From Candidatus Omnitrophota bacterium (GTDB lineage Bacteria > Omnitrophota > Gorgyraeia > Gygaellales > Profunditerraquicolaceae): 56,564 nucleotides of DNA. Position numbers and translations under genes: made by a program. Positions within the stretch are counted from its first letter, which is position 1. Each line of letters opens with the position of its first letter. Under the pieces are notes generated by a model. The model ran no database searches and had not been told where the DNA came from. It saw only the letters and a list, made by a program, of their open reading frames with translations. This document shows, one piece after another, positions 8,223 through 17,562 of the stretch. The DNA is taken from contig JBAZOC010000003.1 of assembly GCA_041648915.1 (NCBI GenBank), positions 1 to 56,564 of the forward strand, in the 5' to 3' direction.

Positions 8223-9551
8223 TTACCAGCGTAATTTTTTCCTTGCCACAAGGTAATGCTTAAAGTTATACCCTAGCCTATCCACCCTAAGCTGGTGGTA
8301 ATAAGTGATACTTTCCCTGCGCCAAAAAAATAAAATAGTCAATAACGCATTAAATGACAAATTGAATTTTTCCTTTAATTTTTTAATAACATTCTTATAA
8401 GCTGGCATTTTTAAAGGGTAGTATTGATTTATGTATAAGATATCGGCGTTAATTTTTTTGGCAAAAATGAAAGTCTTTAACTTATCCCTTAAGTTTTCGC
8501 AGGGGAAATCTAAAATAAAATAAGCCGCAGTTTTAATACCTTGTCTCTTGGTCATCAGCACTGTCTGCAGCGACTCTTTTACCGTGATCCCCTTATTAAC
8601 AATTTTTAATGTTCTATCATTCCCCGATTCAATCCCGTAAGAAATAAGCGAACACCCTGATTCTTTCATTAAGCGCAGCTTGGCTTCATTCATACTATTA
8701 ATCCTGGAATTACATTTCCAGATTATTCCTTTTATATCTTTCAGCCCCGAGCATAAATCCTGGCACCTGGAGCTATCTTCAAAATAGCCATAATCCCTGA
8801 TAAAAAAATCAGTATAACCAAACTCCTTATTTAATACCTTGATTTGTTTCAACAAATACTCTGGTGAATGGCATAATACTTTATCCGATAAAGAAGATTT
8901 GCAAAATTTACAGTTGTGCGGGCACCCCCTGGCCCCAATAATATCGATGAACTCCTTTCTTTCCCTATAAGCGCTATCCCATAGATAACCCCCGAGTTTC
9001 TCCCATCTAGGCGGCGGCAATTCATCCAAAGTCTTCATTGTATTACGGGGAGGATTTTTGAAAAATATACCTTGGGACTTATAGTAAATCCCTTTTATAT
9101 TTTTAAGGTCTACCGGCGACTTGGCCTGCGTCTTAACTATTTCCAATACTCCGTATTCCGGCTCATCAAATAAAATACAATTTATTTCAAGCTGCAAGTA
9201 CATCTCGGTATAAATATTGGAAGTTTCTCCGGAAAGCATAATAAAACTTTTTGGATTATTCTTTTTGATTTCCGTAATAATTTCTTTTATCAATCCAGGA
9301 GTTTTTAAGAAATTCTGGAAATGGTAACTTTTACCGGTTGTATTAATCACATAATAATCGGCATTTATCTCGTTTATGCGCCTTCTAAATTCATCTTTGG
9401 TTATTTTTTCATTTTCAATATCCAAATAAAAAACCATTACCCCCTTATGCTGTAAATACGACTCCAGGTAAAGCATATCGTAAGGCGGGCGGTTCACGGG
9501 ATACCTTATCCCGGAGATATAATCTAACGGGTTAATTAATAAGATAGACAT
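8223..9551 (-). CDS. B12-binding-domain-like radical SAM enzyme
   Basis: 442 aa. N-terminal MSILLINPLD domain; ARGCPHNCKFC cluster motif. The N-domain looks more diverged than in the other copies. Confidence 0.75.
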   Translation of the reverse strand: MSILLINPLDYISGIRYPVNRPPYDMLYLESYLQHKGVMVFYLDIENEKITKDEFRRRINEINADYYVINTTGKSYHFQNFLKTPGLIKEIITEIKKNNPKSFIMLSGETSNIYTEMYLQLEINCILFDEPEYGVLEIVKTQAKSPVDLKNIKGIYYKSQGIFFKNPPRNTMKTLDELPPPRWEKLGGYLWDSAYRERKEFIDIIGARGCPHNCKFCKSSLSDKVLCHSPEYLLKQIKVLNKEFGYTDFFIRDYGYFEDSSRCQDLCSGLKDIKGIIWKCNSRINSMNEAKLRLMKESGCSLISYGIESGNDRTLKIVNKGITVKESLQTVLMTKRQGIKTAAYFILDFPCENLRDKLKTFIFAKKINADILYINQYYPLKMPAYKNVIKKLKEKFNLSFNALLTILFFWRRESITYYHQLRVDRLGYNFKHYLVARKKLRW

Positions 9552-9629
9552 TTCTTGACCTACGAATTTAAGCTCCCAAAATATATTCTTGCTGATACAT
9601 AAAAAAAACTGCCGCTTGCTTAGCCCGTT

Positions 9630-10634
9630 TCATGCATAATCAAGGCAGGCTCCGTTGCATTCATTGCCTGCGAGATATATACAACTACCTGCGGTATTCA
9701 AAATACACTGCCTCCCTTGTTCCTCAAAACTTACTTTATAAAATCCGCTTAATTGAATAAGCCCCGGGAAACTTAAAATACTCTCCGCTTTGTTTAAATT
9801 TTTAAAACAACCAAAGACGGAAAGATCGGGATTAATAACTACACGGGAGGCATAGTTGCCTCGGTAGCCGACAAAACATTTTGACTTTACAAGAATAAGC
9901 CTCCTTAATTCCTGCCATTTCTTAGCGTCAAAAAAACACCTCGGCAGTGGCCTTGCCAGATAAATATAGATATTTTCTTTCAGGCATTGTTTTGCAAATC
10001 CCTCAGCAAAAAATACTAAAGAACGTATTTTTTCCGCATCTATCGGCTTCTCAAGCCCGGTGGATGAATTTATAATTGCTATCCTTATCCTTGCCCCTAA
10101 TTCCCTGGCTATCGGCCTGATCCAATTTATTGTGTCCTCATCGGTTGTAGCTATATTTACCCTTAAGATTAATTTAGTCCCATGCTGGCTTAAGAATCTA
10201 AGTTTATCCAATAAATCTGATCTCTTTTCAGCGGAGTACCTAGTCGAGCAATTAACAAAAAGGACATCAATATTCTTAGCAACAGCTTCATTAATATTCT
10301 TACCGTAAGCGCAATTAGAAGCCATATAACAGGCAAGGTTAGCCTTTTTGGATAAGCTCATAATATCCGCGAATCTGGTGTGTTGGGTTGGTTCGCCACC
10401 TACAAACATTATCTTATGGATCCTTTGCTTTTTAATCCAGCCGAGTAATTTAATAAAGTTATCAATACTCATTTCCTCCTTAAAAATACCGCCTAACCCC
10501 TGGGCATTGCAATAAAAACAGCCCATAGCGCACTTATAAGTTAAGGCCACAATTAATGGCAAAGCAGGATAATGCTCCTCTATAAGGAATAATGCTTTTC
10601 TCCGGATATTAAACAGATAGTTATGCAGAGTCAT
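9630..10634 (-). CDS. Radical SAM enzyme with Cys-rich SPASM/twitch-like C-terminal half (paralog family 1)
   Basis: 334 aa. LTYKCAMGCFYCNA; VGGEPTQH. Family-specific ARPLPRCFF and VVINPDLSVFGC. C-terminal Cys cluster CILNTAGSC...CNGAC. Confidence 0.8.
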   Translation of the reverse strand: MTLHNYLFNIRRKALFLIEEHYPALPLIVALTYKCAMGCFYCNAQGLGGIFKEEMSIDNFIKLLGWIKKQRIHKIMFVGGEPTQHTRFADIMSLSKKANLACYMASNCAYGKNINEAVAKNIDVLFVNCSTRYSAEKRSDLLDKLRFLSQHGTKLILRVNIATTDEDTINWIRPIARELGARIRIAIINSSTGLEKPIDAEKIRSLVFFAEGFAKQCLKENIYIYLARPLPRCFFDAKKWQELRRLILVKSKCFVGYRGNYASRVVINPDLSVFGCFKNLNKAESILSFPGLIQLSGFYKVSFEEQGRQCILNTAGSCIYLAGNECNGACLDYA

Positions 10635-11618
10635 ATTTATATACCAGGCATCCCCCTTGGCAGGAAAGTTCCTTATAATACCGGCAACTATAGCATTCGC
10701 CCTTTAAGGGTTTCTCCCTGAGAATATCAACTTTATCTTTAAAATATCTCCCCAGTGCATTAATATCCTTAAAATTAAATAGCGCAGGGGCTTTAGATAA
10801 AGCGGCATAGCAGACATATACCGACAGGTCGGGATTAACAACGGCCCGGGAAGTATAATTTCCTGAGCATCCCAATAGACACTTGCTTTTTGCCCCGCCA
10901 AAACTTATTAAATACCCCCATTCCTTTTCCGTAAATAGGCAGCGGGGTAATGGCCTGGAGAAATGCGCTTTTACCGAATTCAGCCTGGCGAGTCTCACAA
11001 AATCGATAATCTGATGTTTATAGGCAGCCATATCTGCAAAGGAGTAATGCTCATTCTTAAAGTCGAGTGAAGGAACAGTAAAACCAAATCTTACGGAAAC
11101 TGAATATTCCCTCGCCATATCAAAAAGCAGCGCATAATCTATGGGTTCCTTACGGAGATTATACCGCAACATGATAATCTTTTCCTCTATCCCGAGCATA
11201 TTTCCTCTTACCATATGATAGGAGCTATCAAGATTGATGTTCAGGACTAAAAAAAATTTTTATTTTTTATATATGCTTTAAGTTCCGGAGTTATCGAGAG
11301 CCCATTAGTAAGGATATGGGTATTAAACTTCAGTTTATCGCAAAGCGCTAAGATACCTTTTATATCTTTATGTATAAATGGCTCACCACCCGTGAGTATG
11401 ATCTTCCTGATATTTTGTTTTTTGAGCCACAAAAGGACCTTCCTGAAATCTTCCAATTTTATATCGCTGCCCGTTTCCCTATCCTCTCTGCTTACTGAAC
11501 AATACACGCAGCTATTATTGCAACGATAAGTTATCGCAATCCTGAATTGCGGATACCCTTCCAGCCTGTTCTTGAGCAAATAGAAAATTTTTTGGTTAAG
11601 GTACTTTTTAAGGGCCAT
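10621..11618 (-). pseudogene. Paralog family 1 radical SAM gene interrupted by a frame change at a T8 run. It may be a pseudogene, an assembly error, or a recoded gene.
   Basis: ORF 11247..11618 (123 aa) carries ITYRCNNSCVYCSV and TGGEPF. ORF 10621..11214 (197 aa) carries SRPLPRCLF, VVNPDLSVYVC and CYSC...CQGGC. Together they match the length and order of the 334-aa paralog at 9630..10634. The frames meet at A8 (+ strand 11249..11256). Confidence 0.6.
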
Positions 11619-11619
11619 C

Positions 11620-13077
11620 TTACAGGTCGCGGATTAAATATCTATGCCTTCTAGCTTCACGGCGCGTGATCACGAAAATAGCTTTTTTAAATATATTCTT
11701 TATTATATGGGCATAAAAATACAGATATAGCCTTCTCAGCAGGGTTCTTCCCGAAAAAAATCTTAAATAAATATAAAAAGGATGCAAGTAATATTTATAC
11801 AGTATCTTTTTTTTCTTCTTTAGAGCCTGCTTAACGTTAACATCATCGGAAGAATGGGGACTAAAATAGAATAATCTCTTATAGTCCTTATTTTCCGGTC
11901 CCTTGCTCAATATCTCCGGCAAAAGAGCGACATTGGGCCTATAGACTTGGATTGTGACGAAATCACATAACTGATTTATTTTTTTAAGAGACATCGATTC
12001 TTCTTCTAATTCTCCCGGGTAGCCGATAATAAATGACCCCTCCACTAAAATATTGTTTCTCCTGAGGATATGATAAGCTTTTTTAAAATTGGCATGATTA
12101 TATAGCGGGCCTTTTGTCTTACCAGGCGCCGTTAGCGCCTCGTTACCGGAAGATTCAAAACCTATTAAGGCCAGTTTCATTCCAGCGGCAGCTGATTTCT
12201 TAATCAAGTCAGGAAACTTTAATACCGTATCCATTCTGACCGGTACCTTCCAGCTTATTTTTAAGCCGCTCCTCTCTATTAATTCGCATAAAGCATAATC
12301 CTTAGCGGGTAGTATACCGAAGCTTGCGGTATAAAACCAGATTTTCTTTATATTCATGCCAGCGAGGATTTGCAATTCCTGTAAAATTCTTTGGTTTGAT
12401 TTTCTGCGGTAAGTAAAATTCCAATACCTGCTGGTAAGGCAAAAGTCACACCGGTATGGGCACCCCCTGGATAATTCCATGCTTCCTGTATAAGCATTTG
12501 AACTCCCCGGGAAAAAAGAAAAATAATTTTTAAAATTAATGAGATCAAATCTGGGAAGGGGAGTTAAATCCAGATTATCGATCATCGGCCCTAGGGCATT
12601 AACTATAACTCTACCGTTATCTTTATAGGCCAGGTTCTTCGTATTCCTATAATCTTCGCCTTGTTTTAAGTGTTTGATTAATTCCCCAAAGTAGAGCTCA
12701 CCTTCATGCAGTAATATGAAATCCGCCCCCAGCTTAAGCCATCTCTCATAAAAAAATGTCGCATGATACCCTCCCATAATAATCTTGATCCGGGGGTAAT
12801 GTTCTTTTATGAGTCTTATATTTATTTCACAATCCCTGGATGCGTAACTGGAACGTATAGAAATAACAACTATATCAACCCCTTTTAATCTATCCAGGAA
12901 TTCTTCTGGCGAAATGTTTTCTACCAGGCCATCTATTATTTTCGTTTCCTCATCGGGTATATAGGAAGCGAGCTGCGCAAAGGTAAGAGAAGGTGCGGAG
13001 AGATAAGCAATTATTAAATTGCTTGCGATACTAAAACGTTCAGTAAACCTAAGCGGGATTAAGAATAAGATCTTCAT
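11620..13077 (-). CDS. B12-binding-domain radical SAM enzyme
   Basis: 485 aa. MKILFLIPL N-domain with IIMGGYHATFF; LSRGCPYRCDFCLT. Confidence 0.8.
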   Translation of the reverse strand: MKILFLIPLRFTERFSIASNLIIAYLSAPSLTFAQLASYIPDEETKIIDGLVENISPEEFLDRLKGVDIVVISIRSSYASRDCEINIRLIKEHYPRIKIIMGGYHATFFYERWLKLGADFILLHEGELYFGELIKHLKQGEDYRNTKNLAYKDNGRVIVNALGPMIDNLDLTPLPRFDLINFKNYFSFFPGSSNAYTGSMELSRGCPYRCDFCLTSRYWNFTYRRKSNQRILQELQILAGMNIKKIWFYTASFGILPAKDYALCELIERSGLKISWKVPVRMDTVLKFPDLIKKSAAAGMKLALIGFESSGNEALTAPGKTKGPLYNHANFKKAYHILRRNNILVEGSFIIGYPGELEEESMSLKKINQLCDFVTIQVYRPNVALLPEILSKGPENKDYKRLFYFSPHSSDDVNVKQALKKKKKILYKYYLHPFYIYLRFFSGRTLLRRLYLYFYAHIIKNIFKKAIFVITRREARRHRYLIRDL

Positions 13078-13091
13078 AGGATTTCAAGATA

Positions 13092-14459
13092 CTACGCGAT
13101 TTTACCTGCTTCCCTGTAAATCTCATAGAGGCAGGTAGGCAGGCTTCTTTTATTATCCAAAGCAGTATGCATATTGCACGTTTTTATCAAGGACAAATCT
13201 AAATTATGCTTATCCGGGAACTGCCCTACCATTATGCTCAAAATATTAAAAAACATAAAATATAGGCTCTGGAAGCTTTTCGGATGTTTTAAATTATATA
13301 GAAAATTATCTAAAAAAACCTTAAGTATTTTTCTATTAAGTACTATTCCGGATAAAAACAGATACAGATCCCTGCAGAAAACTAACCGTATAATATTAGA
13401 TAATATGTTTTTTCTAAAATTAACCCTTTGCTCTAAGCTCTCTAAATAGGAATTTAATTTCTTTAAATCTACGAAAGAATCCAGAGGTAAATAACCCCTG
13501 CCGCGCCGGATCAAATAGCAGGAGACTGAACAGGGCGGCTCTTTAATCCCTTTTCTGAACTTCATTTTTCTTAATATTTCAAAAACATAAGTGCTGAACC
13601 TTGTGCAGTCGATAAAATATTCTTCGCCTATTTTTAATTCCCTGCAGACCATATTCAACATACCAGCAGAATTTAATTCTTCTTTTGACGCCTGCCTGCC
13701 GATATTCCATAAAGGGTTAAAAAAGAGTATCTTGACGTTATCGTTCTGAAGAGCAAAATCAAACAACTCTATAATTCTTCCGCTATTGATCCCCTCTACC
13801 ACGTTAACGTAAAGCATTAAACATAAAGCGTGCTTCCTTAGGTTATTTACCGCCCTGGTTTTACTCTCCAGCAGTTCTTCCCCCCTTATCTTAATATAAT
13901 CCGAGTCGCTTAGAGAGTCAAATTGAAGAATCACAACGTCTAAACCCGCCTTCTTAAGCCCCTTAACGTAATCTGGATTAACAAGTTTTTTGCCATTAGT
14001 GAACAATACTACCTTGAATCTATTCTCCTTAATTTTCTTGATAATCTCAAACAGGTCTTCCCTCAAGGTGGGCTCGCCTCCGAAGAGGTAGATAATCCCT
14101 CCTGAAAAGCTCTTTGCCCGGGCGACTATTTCTTCCGTGCTGGGCTCTTCTCCGACCTCCTCGTTAGCATTAACAAAACAATAGGGGCAATACTGGTTAC
14201 ATTTTCTGGTAAGATAGATAAGCAGCCCTTCGGGGGAGGCGTTCCTATTTCGATGCAGTTGAGCAAGAGTATGGTAAATGCTAGGATTACTCAATAAATG
14301 GAGAGATTTGAAAGTACCGTCTTTATTACAATGCTTGTTTAACCATATCTTTCCGTCTTCTTCAACTACCTCGGCATCTACAATTTCCAGGCATTGCGGG
14401 CATAAACACTTTATTTTTTTTATAAACTGGCCTTGCACGGGGAATTCCTCGCTACTCAT
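13092..14459 (-). CDS. Radical SAM enzyme with MJ0619/COG1964 (Tes / GDGT-MAS-like) architecture
   Basis: 455 aa. An N-terminal Cys knuckle CLCPQCLEIVDAEVVEEDGKIWLNKHCNKDGTF precedes LTRKCNQYCPYCF and FGGEPT. C-terminal FPDKHNLDLSLIKTCNMHTA...PTC segment. Family recognised from memory, not searched. Confidence 0.6.
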   Translation of the reverse strand: MSSEEFPVQGQFIKKIKCLCPQCLEIVDAEVVEEDGKIWLNKHCNKDGTFKSLHLLSNPSIYHTLAQLHRNRNASPEGLLIYLTRKCNQYCPYCFVNANEEVGEEPSTEEIVARAKSFSGGIIYLFGGEPTLREDLFEIIKKIKENRFKVVLFTNGKKLVNPDYVKGLKKAGLDVVILQFDSLSDSDYIKIRGEELLESKTRAVNNLRKHALCLMLYVNVVEGINSGRIIELFDFALQNDNVKILFFNPLWNIGRQASKEELNSAGMLNMVCRELKIGEEYFIDCTRFSTYVFEILRKMKFRKGIKEPPCSVSCYLIRRGRGYLPLDSFVDLKKLNSYLESLEQRVNFRKNILSNIIRLVFCRDLYLFLSGIVLNRKILKVFLDNFLYNLKHPKSFQSLYFMFFNILSIMVGQFPDKHNLDLSLIKTCNMHTALDNKRSLPTCLYEIYREAGKIA

Positions 14460-14477
14460 ATTTAAGTATAAACCGTC

Positions 14478-15281
14478 TTAGACGAAAGAAGGGATTAATA
14501 ACAAACCGTAGGCTATGCCGGCATACCTTAAGATCGACCTTATCTTTTGCGCAGAAATGATATTAAGCGCCTCTTTCTTATCAATTCCTTTTATGCATAT
14601 AAAAAAGAAAAAAATAAATAAATAAGAAACCAGAATAAACAGGACGCTCATTTCTAAAAAATTATAGATAAAAAACGTATACGCTAACAGGATAAATAAC
14701 AAACAATATATCTGCCTTAAATAAACCTTAAATTTTCTATTATTGTACCCACGGTTATCTTCTAAAAAATGAGCTATCTCGTGTAGTATCTGGTATGGAA
14801 ACATCACCAGCATAAAGAAGATAGTTAATGCGCAAACTCCCGGATTGAATTCTAATGAAATAACCAACGCTCCGAAAAGAAAAAGTAACCCGAAGGTATA
14901 ACCATTCAATAAAACGCTGAATAAATGATACTTTTTCCATAAATATCCCGGATGTACATAAAGGATATTTAACACAATAGCTACCAGGAAAAATACAGCT
15001 GCGGTCTTAACTAAATATACGCTCCAGAGAATAAATACTCCCAGCATTACCAGAGAAAGAAAAATTCTTTTCGTATCCCCCGAATCACAAAACCGGTTAT
15101 AAGAGTATCCGCCCGCTAAATATAAAGATGCCGCTAAAATACCCGCTATCATTTTAAGGGGATCAACAGTATAGCTCTTACTGGCATAGGCTAGGCCCAG
15201 ATAGACGAAGCCCAAATGATAGAACCATTCTTTAACCCTATAACACCCCAAAAATCTCTCAAGATATTCAGTTTTAATCAA
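14478..15281 (-). CDS. Polytopic membrane protein, UbiA-prenyltransferase-like. An HExxH membrane metalloenzyme is the alternative.
   Basis: 267 aa, about 8 hydrophobic segments. NRFCDSGD (N-X3-D-X2-D) at residues 62-69, after TM2. Acidic loop HEIAHFLED at residues 167-175. These positions match the two Asp-rich loops of UbiA enzymes. The start codon at 15281 is TTG, so the start is uncertain. Confidence 0.4.
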   Translation of the reverse strand: MIKTEYLERFLGCYRVKEWFYHLGFVYLGLAYASKSYTVDPLKMIAGILAASLYLAGGYSYNRFCDSGDTKRIFLSLVMLGVFILWSVYLVKTAAVFFLVAIVLNILYVHPGYLWKKYHLFSVLLNGYTFGLLFLFGALVISLEFNPGVCALTIFFMLVMFPYQILHEIAHFLEDNRGYNNRKFKVYLRQIYCLLFILLAYTFFIYNFLEMSVLFILVSYLFIFFFFICIKGIDKKEALNIISAQKIRSILRYAGIAYGLLLIPSFV

Positions 15282-15324
15282 AGAAGTATTTTTAACCCAA
15301 TTTTTATGCTATACTGCTTTCAGC

Positions 15325-15353
15325 TTGATTTATAATGCCTATTATTTTACTAT
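15325..15353 (+). promoter_or_regulatory. Candidate promoter for the + strand radical SAM gene
   Basis: TTGATT (15325..15330), 17-nt spacer, TACTAT (15348..15353), 33 nt upstream of the ATG at 15387. The AT-rich context makes chance matches likely. Confidence 0.25.
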
Positions 15354-15386
15354 AAACCTAATCGGCAGTAAACAATTACTTCAAAA

Positions 15387-16433
15387 ATGCTTCTCCTCCA
15401 TCCGCTCTTAGCGAAGATATTTCCTGGAACATTCTACGTATTTCCGGAGAAAACGCGTAGGACCGCAGGGATAGCCTTAACCTATACTTGCCAGGAAAAT
15501 TGTGGCTACTGCCTCGCTAAAAACCTACCCCCGGCCTTTCCTTCCCATATAACACTTGAAGATTTTAATAAATCCCTCCAATGGCTTATCCAGCAAAATT
15601 TTTCTTTTATCACCATCGTAGGAGGAGAACCGACTGCTCATCCGCAGTTTTTCGAAATCTGCAATATAATAAAGCTTGCTATAAAGAATACTCCGAAATT
15701 ACAAATTCTCCTAATGACCAGAAATTTTATCCTAAAACATATCTTTGATAATATCGCTGAATATAAAAATAGATTCTTCATTCAAGTGAATCTTTCTAAT
15801 GATGATTTAAATTCTACGGAAAAATTGAAAACCTTAAGCGATAGTTTTAATTATATCAGGGATAAAGGCGGGTATCTATCTGTCCGGACGGTCCTGCAAG
15901 ACGAAAAGGACAATAATTTTGAGCTGCATACACTCCGGCTTATTGATTTTTTATCTTCTCATAAATTAAACCTAAGATTTTCTTTCGATAGCTGTATACG
16001 GATTAGCGAAAAAACCATGGCTATCAGGGCAGAAAAAGCTATAAATTTTATAGAAAACTGCATCCGGAAAAGGGTTCGCGTAAAACTCGTAAGATCTATC
16101 CCCTCGTGTTTTTTCGACCGAACCCAGCTAAAAAAATACTCTGATTACCTACTCCTTAACTGCTTTAAAGGAACCCACGAACCTTTGCCGCATTTTGTTA
16201 TCAACCCGGACCTTTCATCTTTTATGTGCTGCTCTGCCCATTACCGGATTAAGGATATACTGCAATATGAGTCAATCTCCGGATTACTTGAAGGATATAA
16301 GGCCTATTTAACCAGGTATCTCTCTGAACCGGCATTCCAACGGTGTGCCAAATGCGATAAATTTAAAAAAAGGGTGTGTTTAGGAGGATGCTTGGGGCAA
16401 CGCGGAGGAATTGAAAAGATTATTGATATTTAA
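15387..16433 (+). CDS. Radical SAM enzyme, paralog family 1 (inverted orientation)
   Basis: 348 aa. LTYTCQENCGYCLA; VGGEPTAHP; RSIPSCFF; VINPDLSSFMCC; C-terminal CAKC...CLGGC. Confidence 0.8.
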   Translation: MLLLHPLLAKIFPGTFYVFPEKTRRTAGIALTYTCQENCGYCLAKNLPPAFPSHITLEDFNKSLQWLIQQNFSFITIVGGEPTAHPQFFEICNIIKLAIKNTPKLQILLMTRNFILKHIFDNIAEYKNRFFIQVNLSNDDLNSTEKLKTLSDSFNYIRDKGGYLSVRTVLQDEKDNNFELHTLRLIDFLSSHKLNLRFSFDSCIRISEKTMAIRAEKAINFIENCIRKRVRVKLVRSIPSCFFDRTQLKKYSDYLLLNCFKGTHEPLPHFVINPDLSSFMCCSAHYRIKDILQYESISGLLEGYKAYLTRYLSEPAFQRCAKCDKFKKRVCLGGCLGQRGGIEKIIDI

Positions 16434-16436
16434 TAA

Positions 16437-17561
16437 TTATAACCAATAGGCTACACATTTATCCATATTTTCGGGTTTTCCCTTTTCCCAGGGGCCAAGA
16501 CAATAAAAACATTTTTTGTTGTATTCATCTAAGACTATTTTATTGCCGGCTTTGCAACCGCCGCGGCAATAATTTACAAAAGAACAAGAAAAACAATCCG
16601 CCGGCGGATTGTAGATTTTTTCAAACTCTCCTACGGTAAATCTCCTTCTAAATATTTCAAAGATATTTTCTTTGAATGCATTGCCCAAAACAACATCGTA
16701 AATAAAAGGACAATGCGTAACTGTCCCATCTACTTTTACGGAAACCATAAAATAGCCGCCAAAACAAGTATGGCCGGTAAATTTAAACATATTATATACA
16801 TCAGACATATGCTCAGGGCTTATCTTTCTTAATAAGCCTTTAAGCTTATACACGTCTTTTGCGGGAAGCTGCAAAGCGATATCTTCATCTTTCACGGGTA
16901 TCTGGTTGAAAAATAGAGGCCTTGCGCCGAGGCCTCTTACTAAATTATTTATTGATTCAACATCTGCAAAATTATTTTTATTAACAACTGTAAATGTATA
17001 AGTTTTAATCCCTGCTTGCAGCAATGCCTTAAGCCCGGAAATTTTATTATCAAACGTACCCTCGCAATCTGAAATATTATCCTGGAGATAGGGCCGGTTG
17101 GAATAAAAAGACACAAACGCCGTATTTAACCCGGATTGTTTTAACTTTATTGCTGCTTTCGGATCAATCAGCGTACCATTTGTAAACATCGTAACAAGCC
17201 TTATCTTCCCCTTTTTCTTCGCTGTTGTTATAATTTCATAGATATCCTGCCGCAACATAGGTTCTCCGCCTAATAAATCCAGCCTGTGCACAAAACCCTT
17301 TACTTCCAGAAATAATTTTATAATATCCGATAATACCGGCTCAATATCTCTCCTTTGCGAATAACAATATGCGCATTTCCTATTACATCTTTCCGTGAGA
17401 TCAAGCTTTAAATGCAACAGGAGTCCGTCTCCCATTAACCTACGGAAGATAAGCCTGATTAACTTAGAGGTAATTTTACCTTCATCATACTTTTTCATGC
17501 CATAGCTAAGCAACACTGCAGCGGCAATACCTCTTATTTTACGAATCTGCTTTATCCCCAT
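16437..17561 (-). CDS. Radical SAM / SPASM-domain enzyme
   Basis: 374 aa. LTERCNRKCAYCY; LGGEPM. SPASM-like C-terminus CFGGY...DGTVTHC...CFSCSFVNYCRGGCKAG. Confidence 0.8.
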   Translation of the reverse strand: MGIKQIRKIRGIAAAVLLSYGMKKYDEGKITSKLIRLIFRRLMGDGLLLHLKLDLTERCNRKCAYCYSQRRDIEPVLSDIIKLFLEVKGFVHRLDLLGGEPMLRQDIYEIITTAKKKGKIRLVTMFTNGTLIDPKAAIKLKQSGLNTAFVSFYSNRPYLQDNISDCEGTFDNKISGLKALLQAGIKTYTFTVVNKNNFADVESINNLVRGLGARPLFFNQIPVKDEDIALQLPAKDVYKLKGLLRKISPEHMSDVYNMFKFTGHTCFGGYFMVSVKVDGTVTHCPFIYDVVLGNAFKENIFEIFRRRFTVGEFEKIYNPPADCFSCSFVNYCRGGCKAGNKIVLDEYNKKCFYCLGPWEKGKPENMDKCVAYWL

Positions 17562-17562
17562 G

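Noticed and set aside
9600-9629. T8 run just after the stop of 9630..10634 as an intrinsic terminator
   Set aside because: No convincing GC-rich stem precedes the T run, since only 3-bp pairings are possible.
14478-15281. Intramembrane zinc metalloprotease call based on HEIAH (HExxH)
   Set aside because: This is possible but not preferred. The motif sits where the second acidic loop of UbiA enzymes lies, an N-X3-D-X2-D loop follows TM2, and the size fits UbiA. The site-2-protease-type second motif (NxxPxxxxDG) is absent. It is kept as the stated alternative.
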